From NCBI RefSeq assembly GCF_009834535.1, contig NC_045697.1:83640001-83704000 (forward strand): DNA of 64,000 nt, given 5' to 3'. Source of the DNA: Camelus ferus (Eukaryota). A program made the position numbers and the translations under genes. Below the pieces are notes generated by a model that saw only the letters and a list, made by a program, of their open reading frames with translations, was not told the DNA's origin and did not search any database. Of this stretch, positions 38,171 through 52,436 are shown piece after piece. Each line of letters opens with the position of its first letter. Position 1 is the stretch's first letter.

Positions 38171-40655
38171 TTAGGCACTTCAAAACAAGTCTATGAAATC
38201 TGGTAAAGGTTACAGACTAAGTCAGATGGGTATATAACATACCTGGAAAACAATTATCTCCCTACTCACATTAAAAAAGTCTCGCACTCTATCCAAAGCA
38301 CACCAAAACGCTGCATATCATCATCTGCTCTCTGCTTTTTAATCAACTGTCTGTATTTTGTACTGTGCAGACAATGGTAAGAAATTCAGAATGACATATG
38401 GAAGGAGTTATCTGTTGAGCTAGGTTTCAAATACCACCATCCTCTGCAGAGTTCAACATTCTTAAATATATCCACTATCTGGCAACTGAGCCCGCACTCT
38501 AATCATGCAGCAACCATTTAGGAGGGTCTACTATGTGCCAAGTAAGATACTAGACACTTGGTTTGCAAACACAAATGAGACGATTACTGACTTTAAGCAA
38601 TAATCTAGAAGGAGCTGGACAAGGGAGGAATAATGACATGTAAACAAGCAAACCCAAAAATGCACCTTTAAAAAAAAAAAAGACCTTAACTCAAAAGTCA
38701 GATCAAAGTTTTCAACCTCAAGTGGAGTTCTTGGGCAATTTCCTTACTTTAATACTTTAAGCCTTGAACCCCTAAGTCTCTAACTTTTAGAAGGGAAAGA
38801 ATTACTCGAAAGACAAGGAGTCTTGAACAAGAGGAAGATAATCTAAATTGAATGTACTGAATTATTTCACAAAAATTCTAAGCCCAAGACAGGCTTCTGT
38901 TTCTCTGCAGTTTCCTACCTTATTCGTACCCACTAGTAGGTGGAATAAAATCATCCTGCATTCCCTATCTTTGCTAATAGTAATATTTGATTCCTTTTTT
39001 TGAACCCCAACATTTGTTTTGAATGTTACAGTTTATAAAATACTTCCACATACTTTGCAAATCATTTGTTCCTCTCTGTGGAACATTATTGCCTTCACTC
39101 TACCAATGAGAAAGCTGAGGCTCCAAGATGTTAAAATAACTTCCACAAAGTTAAACAATTACCAGTTGGAGGAACTAGCACTGCAACCTAGGTCTTGATG
39201 GCCGGATCCAAGGCTCTGGTTACCCAGTACCAAGTCCTATGATTTCTATCAGTGTCTCTCCCTTCCTTCCCTCCTTCTCTTTTCTACCTTTCATCATTAT
39301 TGCAACAGCCTTATACCCAGTCTCCCTCCTATTCCTCCCACAGTGAGTCTTAATTGCTTGGTAACGTGGATCACTTTGAGTCGCTCCAGGAAAAGGCATA
39401 TAAGCATGCATGCAAATATTTTTCATATAATTTGAAGCTCGTTCACAGACCCCTAAATTAATGACCTTGCTTTCCCCCCTCAGATCTATCCCCTACATCT
39501 CCAAATGACTCATCTCCTAAAACTCCTCTTTGATCATAGTTCAAGGCTCAAAAACCTTTAGTGGTTTCCCAAGGCCTAGGAAAGGAAACAAAGATTCACT
39601 ACCCTGGCATTCCAGATCTCTCCTTTCCTCTTTAGTGCAAGTCCACTACACAAATTCCAGGTCCACTGTCCTAACTAATACCTGCCATCCCTCAACTACG
39701 CTTCATGCTTCCTCACCACATGCTCAACATTACACGTTATCTACATGCAGCCTCTCTGCCTGAACAGACCCCATAACAGAGCCCACTCTTCCTCCCACAT
39801 ATAGCCCATTCCATCTTTGAACTGTCCCAATGCTAAAGAAATAGAAAGTAAACAACAGACTTCTTTCCTATGTTAAAACAAAAATTATCGTCCCATTAGC
39901 ATCTGTGGTATTTGAAGCAACAGGTAGTGAATTTAATCTGGTTCCACACAATCTCTCCTTTCTGCTTGCCTTCCTTGGTGCATCTCGTCACTTTTTCATG
40001 GACGGCACCCAGAATGGAGCACAGTTCTCTCCATTTGATAGATAGCTTCAATAATTATCAATATTTCCCAAGCACTGGTATATATTTTTAAATTCAAGCT
40101 GAGGAAGTGGCCATTAGCCAGGGCCCACAAAAAATGACAGTACAGGAGAAAGGACAGCAGATTCTAGAGCAGGTGATGCCACTAGGAGCTGTGTAACTGA
40201 CACACTTTCTCTGCGTGGCATCCCCTCTGAACCAGGAAGACTTCAGACTGGACTAATAAAATGTTTGGGGCAAACGGAAATACTCAAGATGCAACCTGAC
40301 TCTCTAGAAGGTATGAACAGAGAAATCTAAAACATCAAGAAGATTTAAAGGATGCAAAACTCAAATCAAAACACTAAAAATCAAAACACTAAAATTCAAC
40401 TCCCGATTCTTCAGCATTCATAATCAAATCACCTGAGGTCTCTTCTGATTCTGGGAGGAGGTGATTTCATCCTCAGATATGCTCTTGGGAGGAAGCACTA
40501 ACATAGCCTCTCCTCCAAAAACCTATCTTCTCTTCTCCCTAAATCTAGACTTTGCTTTAACACCAGGGTCCCAAGTGGCCTCCCGAGAGCTCTCGTGGCT
40601 CCTTCTGTTCCCTCCCTCGTTCCCACAGTGTGGCCGGCACAGACAGAAAAGCCTA

Positions 40656-40910
<255 letters not shown>

Positions 40911-41588
40911 TCAGTAAAAGGCAGAAAAGCATCCACTAAAACAATGACTCGGAAGGCTTGCAGGTGGGAGGAAAGGAGTATAAAAAGAACTCAAGGGTGC
41001 AGGACCCCTTCCTGCTTTGAGAAGGATGCCCCTACAACTTTGAGCAGACCCCCCGGAAGATTTGCTTATAGTATCTGCATGCACCCCACCCATCTCCGAC
41101 CTCCTTGGAGACAATTTCTGTCTTCTTGATATTTCATGGTTTGAAGCAGATCTTCCCTCCTCACTCAACCTCACCTAAGCAGCCTGAAGAAGTATTTAAT
41201 AAGCAAAGTGCTTGTTTTCCATTAGTAAATTCAATAAATTAAAAATTACATTAAAATAAGTCAAGTCCAAGAGAACTACATTCTAAACTAAATGAATTTT
41301 GTACTTAAACATTTTTTTCAGACATCCTGTTAAATTAGTTTGTTTCTGACACACAACTTTTCAGCAACCCATCCATCTCATAAATCAGGGAACAGTGATT
41401 TGAAGAACAGGGTCTATATAAAGCAAACATAAGCCAAGGATGGTGAAATTATCAGTGTAATCTGTATTTAATTTAGGAAATAAAATAAGTAAAATACCTT
41501 ATTTAATAGTAGAAAGCCCCCCAGTTCATAACCTGGTATGTATATGAATAACTGTAATACAGAAAATCTCCTCTGAAGAAGATTTTAC

Positions 41589-41667
41589 CTTAAAGAATTT
41601 TTCCCACCAATGATCCGCTTCTGCCGACGGTGCAATAATCTCAAACCACAAACAGACGACAGGGACT
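41589..41667 (-). CDS. PRSS12: Neurotrypsin exon 10 (zymogen activation site RRQKR/IIGG)
   Basis: cttcag|...|gtaaa, 79 nt; (E)SLSSVCGLRLLHRRQKRIIGGKNSL(R). Phases match exons 9 and 11. Too short for the ORF track. Confidence 0.96.
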
Positions 41668-43566
41668 CTGAAGCAGAAAGAGGTTTTTAATCAAACTTGC
41701 ATACTGCTCACAGTGGGGTAAAGACAAGCAACACAATCCCCTGTTACTTCTTCCTCAAGTTTAAAATGCCTTCTCTCTTCAAATCCTTACAAAAAAAATT
41801 AAAACTGGTTTTTTCATTTAACCAAGGTAATGATGACCTGCAAGTAGACAAGGAACTTTCTGAGGTTTTCCACAATCAGCTCTGAAGAGGTTTAACAGGC
41901 TGCTGAATGGTGGGGCCCCGTCCAGTACATCATCCTTGTGGGTACCCACACCTCCTCCTCTGCTGATTATACAGACTATCCAGGAGTTCAGAAATGCGAA
42001 ACAAAACAAGAGGGCTACCAGAGGCAATGACGCTCTGAATTCACAGACAGCACTCTTCCAAGCCATAAACAAATGTAACTCAGAGGAGCGGAGTATATTC
42101 CCAGGGTGGAATTCTGAGATAAATTTACATTTACTCATAGAGCATATTGATATATGGAAAGGCTTGACTAAGCCAGTGTAAGTGGCAGACTGTATTTAAG
42201 GCAGATGACCAATAACCAATGGCTTGAGTTTGAATCACTTCATAGAAGTTACTAGGTGTTAAGCCTCCACCCAAAATCAACGAGTTAATAAGCCAATTCA
42301 GTAATTCAGCTGGTCTAAGATGAAATCTTTTTATTTGACAAATGGAAACATTAGGACCATGGAAAGATATCACGTATTGCTACAACTCTAGGAAAACAAG
42401 TGTATTAATAATGTGAGAATAAACTCGGCATTTCATACTTTAAAATAGGTTAACATAGAAATACGGTAAAAAAAAATGTACAATGATTGAATCTTTATGT
42501 TTCTCTACTGCTTAAGGAATTTTACATAGCCCAAAAAATTAGTTATGCTCACTTTGTGACTGTAGTTTAAATTATTGAAGGACATTTAATAAATTAAGTT
42601 ACAATCAATACTTAGAAAAAACTGACTTACCAAGTCAAATTTATTATATAGCTATTTAATATACATATAAATATTTAAATATAAAACAAAGCAGAAAGCA
42701 TAAAGGGTTGGAAGTATTCTTCTCTACACTCAAAAGACACTCAGATGGTGAAGAATCATATTAACAACATCCAACTTATTTATTGCATTGTCTTTAATGG
42801 TTGTTAAAAGATGACAGAAAAAGAATGCTCAGATATAGATGCATTTGATTTTAAGAAAATCTTATATATCAAAATTGTGAACTTTCAATCCACATAAGTG
42901 ATTGTTCTTTTCGTAAAATATAACCATAGACTTTTCCAAATAGCTAGTTTTTTCCCTTTTCGTTTAAAGCAGTATTTATTTGTTTTATAAAAATTGAACT
43001 CATTGCTTTTAACTCCACTATTTATATAAGTATGAAACATTCATTACTATATTATATCCAAGATTACTTCTCATTTTCCTTATAAAATCTGAGAATAAAA
43101 CCTACAAAAAATAATTTCTTTTGCAATGAATTTTAAAAATTATCCCTGTTGTTTATGATACTAATAAGAGCAGAAGTGCCTTTCTATGATTCATCTTTAA
43201 ATTTTCATTACTTTCTTTTCATGATGTAAATAAATATCAATTCTGAATCTTCAAGGATACTAAAAAGTTTGACAGTTTTATTATATTCAAAGATGGAAGG
43301 TTTAGAAATGACTGAAAATGTCAAAAGGGGGCAATCCCAGAGATTACAAAATCCTGTAAATTCACTCTTTGCCCTGAACCCTGCTCTCCCTGTAAGTCTC
43401 ACCCAGGCAAGTTTTTGTCAAGAGCCACTGCCTCTAAATAACCAGCAGGAGGAACAAGGGTCTGAATATATTCTTACGAAAGGGGATATTTGTTATCAAA
43501 ATACTGTTTATAATAATAAAGTGAGGATTAATGTTCTTTGACTTGTAGAGGCCCCAGAAGGCTTAC

Positions 43567-43772
43567 CTTTATTATTGTTACCTGATGCTTTCTTGCCAAA
43601 ATAATCACAAATAACTCCTGCATCTTCACTGTGGCGGCAGTTGTGTCTTCCGATATCTTGTTTGATACAGTCAGCCAGGGACCTCTCATTTCCTGTGCAC
43701 TTCACATTATCCACATGGATGGGTCCTTTTCCTTCCCCAAAATAAGCCATGGTCCTCGCTCTGGCAGGACCC
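43567..43772 (-). CDS. PRSS12: Neurotrypsin exon 9 (last SRCR domain, second half)
   Basis: ttccag|...|gtaagc, 206 nt; GPARARTMAYFGEGKGPIHVDNVKCTGNE...HSEDAGVICDY. Confidence 0.96.
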
Positions 43773-44050
43773 CTGGAAACAGAGCATTCTTGAGGATGTG
43801 GAGAACCAAGTCAATCATACATTTGAATAAATCACAGCATATATTCTCATTCTATTATTTCTTAACTTTTATACATTGAAATTATATCTATATGTGCTTA
43901 AAAAAACATTTATTTCATGACTGTCAAGAAAAGCTAAAGAGAGATAACAACTACACATTCTTTGTTTTCATACCCCACAGCCTCTTGATTACATCTTAGC
44001 TTCTGCTTAGAATGTCATATTTAATGGCATGTGAAAAAGTCACAGTAAGA

Positions 44051-44325
44051 GGGGGTGGAGGGATAAATTGGGAGTTCAGGATTTGCAGATACTGTATATA
44101 AAATAGATGAACCAGCAAGGTCCCACTGTACAGCACAGAGAACTATATTCAGTACCTTGTAATAGTCTATAATGAAAAAGAATATGAAAAGGAAAATATA
44201 TGTGTTACAATTCAATCACTATGCTGTACATCAGAAATTAATACAACATTGTAAACTGACTACACTTCAATAAAAAATTTTAATAAAAAATGTTTAAACA
44301 GAAAAATAAGAAACAAACAAAAAAT
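44051..44325 (+). mobile_element. 5'-truncated L1 3' end (camelid/cetartiodactyl-type) with A-rich tail
   Basis: ggggtggagggataaattgggagttcaggatttgcagatac...acattgtaaactgactacacttcaataaaaa. Confidence 0.75.
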
Positions 44326-45246
44326 TCATGTAGTCTTGAACCCTAGTTTAAGCAGGAAAAAAATTGTCTCAAAATTTTCTACTCCCTTGCAGAGCGTAAT
44401 ACTCTCTTAGAAGTAATTACTTACTTAAAGCCTGTTTTAGAAGTAAAAAAGTAAAATTTTTAACTGAGGAAGAGAAAACCAGAAATCATTAATAAATTAT
44501 TTACTTTTGGTAAAAGCTTTTTTTTTCTGTTTTTTAAAATAATATATTGCTTCTCTTTAGATATCTAAAAACAAAAGCTTTTTAATGAGATATTTCAAAC
44601 TAATACCATATTCGAAACTCAGTTCCTGATCAGTTAATGCGTAATTACGAATGGCAAGGTTTTAAGATTTGGATTATAGGAAAATTGTCCTTATAACCTA
44701 GTTAGGGAAAGATTTATTAAACAAAACATAGATGGAATACCTTAAATTAAAAGACTGATAAATTTCAAAAAAAAATGTAATTAAGAATGCCACTTTGCTA
44801 AAAACCACCCAAAGGAAAGTGAAAAGACAAATATAAAAGTTGATGAGTATATTTGCAATACATATTTACATATATATTTGCTGGTGAAGACATTCTCTAA
44901 TAGAGGGGAATAGCATATAATATACAAATAATTATCAAATTTCATTTAAAAAATAAAAAAACCAACAACCCGATAGAAAAACAGGCAAAAGACAAGTTTT
45001 AAATCAAAGAAACTGTCTTATTAAAACTGACAATTTGGACCAGACTTCTAACATCAAAATAGATTCTACTTAATGAAGATAAGGTTAGTATACTTTCCTT
45101 ACAGTTATGCAAGGAACTCAGGCAAAGTAGTTTATTGATATGGATTATCTGAGGAATTTGCTTGAATAATCCCCTTTCAGCAATGAGACTTGGCCTCACA
45201 TGCTTGTAGTTGGCAGCACATTCATTTCAAAAATATACCTCGTTAT

Positions 45247-45383
45247 GGGAGAGTGGTAGAGTGCATGCTTAGCATACACAAGGGCCTGGGTTCAATCCTC
45301 AGTACCTCCTCTAAAAGTAAATAAGTAAGTAAACCTAATTACCTCCCCCTCCAAAAGAAAAACAAAACAAAAAAATAAATAAA
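45247..45383 (+). mobile_element. tRNA-derived SINE (camelid vic-1-like)
   Basis: gtggtagagtgcatgcttagcat...gggttcaatcctcagtacctcc...aaacctaattacctcccc + A-rich tail. Degenerate TSD aaaaatatacctcgttat / aaaagtacaccctgtcat. Confidence 0.8.
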
Positions 45384-45799
45384 TTCAAAAGTACACCCTG
45401 TCATTTCTTCTGTATTGGTAACTGCTACTATGACATAATTACAAGTAAAAATAAGATTTAACCCATCAGAAATGCTCGGTCATGCAAGATCTCTGTCCCC
45501 AACAGGTGACTCTAAAGGTACTCTTAAAGTAAATCCTTTTTTATACAAAACTCTTTTAATAGCTTTATAGGTAATAAAAGCTCATTTTATCAAATTTGCA
45601 AAATAAAAGTATAAAAAAATCCCAACCCACTGCTAATATTTAGGTACACACATTTATGGGGAAAATACTAACTATAATTTTTAATGGTTAAAAAAATTCT
45701 TTGTACAAATTAGTGGATTTCAAACTAAGTAGGTCTTAGATCTAGTATTTAACAAGCCCCAGGTGATTCTTATGCAGGTGGTTCTGCATCAAACTTTAA

Positions 45800-47900
45800 T
45801 GTAGAAAAAATAGAATTTATTTCCCTACTGTTGCACACTGACTTTTAAAATTTTAGATTTCTTATAATTATATACATCCTTATATAAAATCTTGGTGGAC
45901 AGCTGAGATTTCTTCCCAGAAGTGGAATTTTTATTCAACAGGTATAAACATTTTTTAGTGTTCTGGATATATACTGTTAAATACAGGGCACATCTTTGGA
46001 AAGCAAATTATACATCTGAAATGTTATAATTAAAATGTAACAATTTTTAAAAAGGTGTTTTCTGTTTTACTTTGTCTATCAGAGTTCTCATCTGTCTGGT
46101 ATATATTTCTGTTTAGTGTTAATAAAGGATCTAGCTTTATTTTGGTCCCCAAAGTAGTTGTCCCAGTAACTCTTCCTACTGATTTAAAGGGCTTTTTAAT
46201 CTACTTATTTACCATGCATATAAGTACCCAAGCCATTTCTTGGTCTTTATAGTTTAGTAATTAGCTACACGTTAGAATTACCTTGGGAGATTTTAAAATA
46301 AAGCAAAACCTGACCCCCACCTGATGTCAATTAAAGTAGCATTACGACCTCAAGTAAAGTGGGAGTGGGGCTAGACATGGGTAATATTTTTTAAATCCCA
46401 AAATGATTTCAATGAACAACCGAGACTGTTAACCACCGCTGTAGTTGGCATCATTGATGTCTTTGCCTACTTCTGCGCCAACATCACATGAATTTGATTT
46501 CAGGTGAATTTGGAGGTCAAGTCACCCTCCCCAGCCAACACACACACCAAGAAAAACAAAAGATCTCTATGAGGATAGCATTCATTCAATGTATAGATTA
46601 ATTTCTATTTTGTCTTCCCATTCAGGGTTGTGGTGTATCATTTACGAAGTCTTCTAGCTTTAGGAAAGATTTATTTTTTTTTTTTCACATAGACTTCAAT
46701 TCTTGTGAAGTTTATTCCTAATTTTTTTTTAATTTTGAATCTTCTATAAATGAGATTTTTTTTCTTTTTATTTTCTGCATTACATATAGGAACACTATTG
46801 CTTTTTTAAAAACATTTATATTTTATATTGTTACATTAATAAACATTAGCTCTAGTGTCTTTCCAGTTGATTCTCTGGGGTTTCCTAGGTGAACAATCAT
46901 ATTATTCATATAACAATTTTGGCTTTCTCTTTAATACCAATACCTCAATTCTTAATGATTCATGAAATTGGAGCTCCAGACAATATTGAGTCATTGCAGT
47001 AATAGCAGGTACACTTATTTTATTCCTATTTGATGTTTGTCTGTGATATAAAGTCAAAGTAGTTTTATTTTATTCTCAGCTTCCTAAGGGATGTGATGAT
47101 GGAGTGCTGATTTTTATTGTATCTTTTCAAAATTATTAAGATGCTCGTATTTGTTTTCATTTATAAACAACACACTGAAATACGTCTACTGAATGCCTCA
47201 GCTCAAAACATTCTTCTATACTTGCAATAGACTCTGTTTGTGGTATTGTTATCTAAATACACTGCTGAATTAAATTTGCTAATATTTTGTTTAAATTTTA
47301 GTGGTAGTGGGGTAATTAGGTTTATAATTTATATATTTAATGGAGGTACTGGGCACTGAACCCAGGACCTCACGCATACTAGGCAAGCACTCTGTCACTG
47401 AGCTGTACCATACCCACCTAGAATTTTTAATGTAGATTCATGAGATTGGGATAGTTTTCTTTTGCATATGTGTACCTATCTTGTCCTAGTCTTGAAACAA
47501 AGTTATATTAGCCTCATAAAATGAATGGAAAGATTTTCATCTTTTTTTCTTTTTTTGCTCTACAATAATTTATATAACTCGAAACCATCTGTCTTAAAGA
47601 TTGGTCAAAACTCTCCAGCAAAAAGTCAGAGTCATTTCTTCTGTGGTCATTAATCTATTTGGGCTTCCTATCTTTTGTATCAATTTTTATAAGTATATTT
47701 TTGTTGAAAATGTAGTTTCCGAGATAATTGTTCATTTCATCTAGATTTCCAAATCCATTAACTAAAAGTAGTTCACAGTATTCTACAATTTTTTTAACCT
47801 ACTGTGTATTTGTGCTTATATGCCTTTTCTCTAATGTCTACCTGTATTCTCTCCTTTTTTTAATTGGAATTGCCAGAGAGTGCTATTTTATTAATCTTTT
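45800..47900 (-). mobile_element. Fragmented old L1 (L1M/ME) with MER5-like and SINE insertions
   Basis: Antisense ORF2-like text (ttcttgtgaagtttattccta, gttgattctctggggtttcctagg, ttaaatttgctaatattttgttt, ttgttcatttcatctagattt). Confidence 0.6.
47298..47418 (-). mobile_element. tRNA-derived SINE (vic-1-like)
   Basis: ggggtaattaggttt...ggaggtactgggcactgaacccaggacctc...cactgagctgtacc, reverse complement of the same family. Confidence 0.8.
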
Positions 47901-50857
47901 TTACAATGCAAATAATTGCTGATATGTACATGTAAATGTAAAGCAACCTGAAATTCAAATAGGCATAATTTGAAGAAAATTAAAAATTAATAGCATCTTG
48001 AAACTAATCCTAGATGATTCCCATCAGCTTGGGGAGTGAGAATGAGCAGAGGTAGAAAGTAACTAACAGCATGCTAAATGTCTTGATATTTTTCAGAAAG
48101 GGGAAGTTTTTGAAATTGATAAGAAAATATGCCAGCGTGTTTGCTAAAAATTTAAAGAGAATTCCTAGTAAAACAATAAGAATGCTGAAATTCCAAACCA
48201 CTAGAGAAAGGAAGAAAAGAAAATAGAAAATTAGATTGCTTGCAAATCAAAAAAACGGAAGGTTACACAAAGAACAGACAATACAGCATGATAAATAGCA
48301 TAAAAGTAGATGACGGGTGGAAGTAAACTGGTAGAAAATAAAATTAGACTCATTAAATAAAACAAAAGGATGATTTCTTAGCAATTTACCAATCAATGTA
48401 TAGACTATGTATCACTTTAGATACATGACATAGAGAACATTAACAAAAGTGCATAATTAAAGACATTCTCAATGATATAGTGAAATCTAATAAATTTTTC
48501 TTTGACTTTTTAAAAAATAATTAAGGACTCTGTCATCTGTACAGAAAAGGGAAAGGACTTCTCGGTGGGCTACACGCATGCAGTAATTCACAGCTGAGAA
48601 TTTCCACAAGACAATACGCTCTAATACATTAGTCTTTAAACTGGGTATCAAGGGCTCCTAGGAGTAGATGATGACTTTCCAAGGGATGTAAGGGCTTTAC
48701 AGGAACCGATATGCAGATCAAGAAAATCTATGTGTATTCTCTCCTAAAACTGGTCTTGCTAAAGTCAAGATCAACCTCTCTGTCAAAATTTCCCTTTTCC
48801 CATTTCACAAAAGAAAGGCACCTCTTTCACTCATCCCATATCTGATCACAGGGTACTGCTCCCAGATTTAAAAGCCTCTAAAGTGGCCAAAAGAACAATT
48901 CAAAATAAATGATAGCAATGAAGCCTCCTTTAACCCAACCTATCTAAGTCTAAGAAATGGGAGCTTTGGTCAACTTTTCTTCCCTATGTTTAATAATTAT
49001 TTATCAAATTTTATTTTTTGTTGTTGTTTTTAATTAGTTGTGTATGAGAAACCATCAAATCCTAACAGGAACTTGTTAGAAGAATTAATTTCTCTCTCTT
49101 GCTCTCCTCATGTGTGTACTCAGACACACACACATTTTTAAAAGCATAATAACATTAGGATTATGTGGGGAAAGATAATTTAAAACACAATTTCAAGGAG
49201 AAAAAGGAACTATGTAAAATTTGTGAACATCAAAGAAGAACCTGTTCATATATTTTTTAAATGAATGATAGAGTATCAAAGCACTATGATAATTATTGGA
49301 TATAATTAAAAAATTATATAACTGTTCTATTTTTAAATGTCATATACAAACATGCCAGAATTAATGTCTTTGCAGCTATTTAAATGTAAGATAGAAGTTA
49401 AATATACTTAATTTTAGGTCTTTACTACAACAATAAGGTACATTATTTTTAAAATTCTTCTAAAAGATACTACTCTAAAAAATACACAGTTCAAGAACAA
49501 TGTTATATTGAAACATATGCTAATAGATTCACACAAAGTTCAAATAGAATGGAATTTCCATCCTGGCTACTTAGTCTGTCTTAACAAGGTTTACTGATAT
49601 CAACACATTCTCTCTCAACCCTCTAAAAACAATGTGCTCATATGCTAGACTTTGTCAGACATTATGTAATAGATCATTAAAGAGTGCCTGTTACTTTCTG
49701 TTCACTCTAAATATATCTATATTAGTTACCATTCACGTTCCTGGTATTCATTACTTCATTTCTGTTTCTCCCCTTATGGGAAAGCTTTCTAATGCTATTT
49801 TGATTCTCAGTGTTTCCAAGGACTAATCCTCAAGTGTGATATGGCTGGCTGAGGGACAGGCCTCTGGAATTCTTATTAATAAAGCACAAGCCTTTTGACA
49901 GCTTCAAAGTTTTCTGGATTGATTCTACGAACAAATGCTTTATTAAAGATTTTTAATAATTCAAAGCTGGCATGGAGAGAAAGAGTCTCATTCTAATCAC
50001 ATACCTATTTACAATTATATTTAACTCTTATATGTAAAATATTTATATACATATATGAAACATATTGAACATAATTGTTCTTATATAAAATTCCATTTCC
50101 CCTCAGTGGGAAATTATAAAGACATTCAAGCATATTTAGACTGGTCAAATATATAAATGATTCTCGTAAATACTATTTGATGGCAAACTGTAGATTGTAA
50201 AAGATGACTATTCAATTTGTTATAGTAACATTAAATTACTGATTTATTAAGAGGCTTTATTTTAAAAAGCAAGTACAAAGTAAGATCTTCTTTGCTTTTC
50301 TTGATAATAGTTACAGAAATATTATTGAAAATTGCTACAAACTTTGTCCACTTAATCTAGGTTGTTTCTCACCTAAATTCACTATTTGAGTTGATTATAA
50401 AATGGACTAAATGATAAGTAAAAAAGCAACGAAAAATGTATAAAGAAAACAAAGTGAAAATGCATTGATTAATATTCTTACAGACTTTTTCTCTCCTTAA
50501 GCATGACTTAGACACACAAGTCAAGGATCAAATGTGATCTTTCCTTTCCTATTTTCCTTCATGTTTCCAAAGGTAATACCAGGTGTCCTAAATCACCACT
50601 ATCAAAAAAATAAAAATAAAAGTAAGCCAAAATACCAGTCTCGAGCAGCAATATACTTTAATGAATGATTTTAGGTAAGGAAATTCACTGGGAATATAAT
50701 GTAAGAATAATAATTTTTTTTTCAAATGGAGGAAACAAGGTTAGAAATACAGTGAGCAAAAAAGGAAACTTAAATTGTTGACTAAATTCACCTAGGCATC
50801 TAATGCAGACTTCTCCTACCTTCATCAACTACCCCACATACCACCAATTTTGGGGGC

Positions 50858-51019
50858 TATTTATTTATTTTTTAGAAATTTTATGTTTATTTGGGGGGGG
50901 TGTAATTAGGTTTGTTTGTTTGTTTGTTTGTTTATATATTTAGTGGCAGTAGTGGGGATGGAACCCAGGACACTGTGCACCTTAAGCACATAATCTACCA
51001 GTGAGCTATTCCCTCCCCT
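50858..51019 (-). mobile_element. tRNA-derived SINE (vic-1-like)
   Basis: gtaattaggtttgtttg...ggggatggaacccaggac...ctaccagtgagctattccctcccc; flanked by the duplication accaccaatt(t/c)tg. Confidence 0.8.
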
Positions 51020-51409
51020 CTACACACCACCAATTCTGAATACTGAAAATCTATATAACAAATAATGGACACATTGACCAGAAGACAATTAGAACTGCAA
51101 CCAGGTCCAAAACTGAGCAGTACATTGAAGTAGTATCTCAGCAACCAAAAACAATCCTTGACTTAAAACTTTAGAAAAAAACATTTGAACTTTCATTAAA
51201 ATAGAAATACTTTCAAAAATAAAGATGTATTCTTTTTTAAAAAAAGATGTCTTCAGCAAAAGAATAACCAGTTAAATGTATCAATACTTAAGATACACAT
51301 AGATGCATAATTAAGGATACATTTTAAAATCCAAATTGCTATTAGTAATACACTATGAGCTAGGCAATTTATGTATATTAGTTCAAATTTCATAATCCTC
51401 TAAACTGTA

Positions 51410-51946
51410 CCATGTTCCATATATTTCCTACTCCAAAATCAGAGTTTTCATAGTCATTTGCAGACATGGGTAAAGTCTCAAAACACTAGAGTTGCCCAGT
51501 TGAGTTCTCAGAAGGAGATCAACTGCCTTTTGACTTCAGCTCTCAAACTGCAAATAAGGGTCCTTTTCCCAGCTTATTTAGTGCTATGTTTTTCTGCACT
51601 GTAACTCATGCCTGAATGAAGCCTTTCTAACACATTTATTTTCCCCGTAAAGCAGTCACAGCCTTCCTTCATTCAGGAATGATAGAAAGCACTTCAGCAA
51701 AACGCCAGAGGGTTATTTTAAACAGTGAACTCATCAACAAAAAGGCACAAAATTAAAAAAAAAAAAAAAAAAAGGCACCAGTAGACTGCAAAAAGGACAA
51801 TTGCTTGTAATCACAAGAGCTAAAACAAAAAGGCAGAACATCCCTTGGTTCAACTCAGCTCTAGAAGCAATGGCTCAGTATTTCCTAATTCAGTGTTCAC
51901 AGTGACTTTATAGGATATAATTACTGCAAATGACAAGAACCAACAG
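51410..51946. mobile_element. TcMar-Tigger element (MER82-like), internally rearranged
   Basis: gtaactcatgcctgaatgaagc, cagtatttcctaattcagtgttcacagtgactttatag, terminal ...gaaccaacag followed by TA. Confidence 0.65.
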
Positions 51947-52294
51947 TAATTTCAGTAATTGCAGAATCCCTTAAAGGGCTACTGTGTTGAAACATAAATC
52001 ACAGAATAAAGGTTAACACCTCTGGCTGACAGGAGTATTATGAATAGTCAAGTGTTATCAGACTGTTTATTATTAGACAAAAGCTACATTTCTTGACTAA
52101 CATAATGTATATACTTCTTAGGAGAAAATAGAAAAATTTAGATATTTACTACTTAATATTTCTTTATAATTCTGAATCAAGTCAGCATGCTGCCAGCATT
52201 TTCCATTGAATCCTATTAATTTTTGGCAAGGACAAGAGTGAAAACTCAGAAACGTTCATCAAGTAACGATTGCAAATAATTAGGTTTCCCTTAC

Positions 52295-52436
52295 TTGTAG
52301 CCAAGCTGTCGACAGATCACAGCTGCATCCTTACCAGTCCAGCCATCATCACAAATTGTTCCCCACTGGCCATTGATAAAAACCTCCACTCGTCCTTCTT
52401 TCTTATTTTCTCCATCCATCAGTCTGATAGGAAAAC
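52295..52436 (-). CDS. PRSS12: Neurotrypsin exon 8 (last SRCR domain, first half)
   Basis: cttag|...|gtaagg, 142 nt; [46 protein letters not shown]. Confidence 0.96.

Noticed and set aside
45247..45310. tRNA gene
   Set aside because: tRNA-like head has a damaged A box and is followed by a SINE tail and TSD; it is a SINE.
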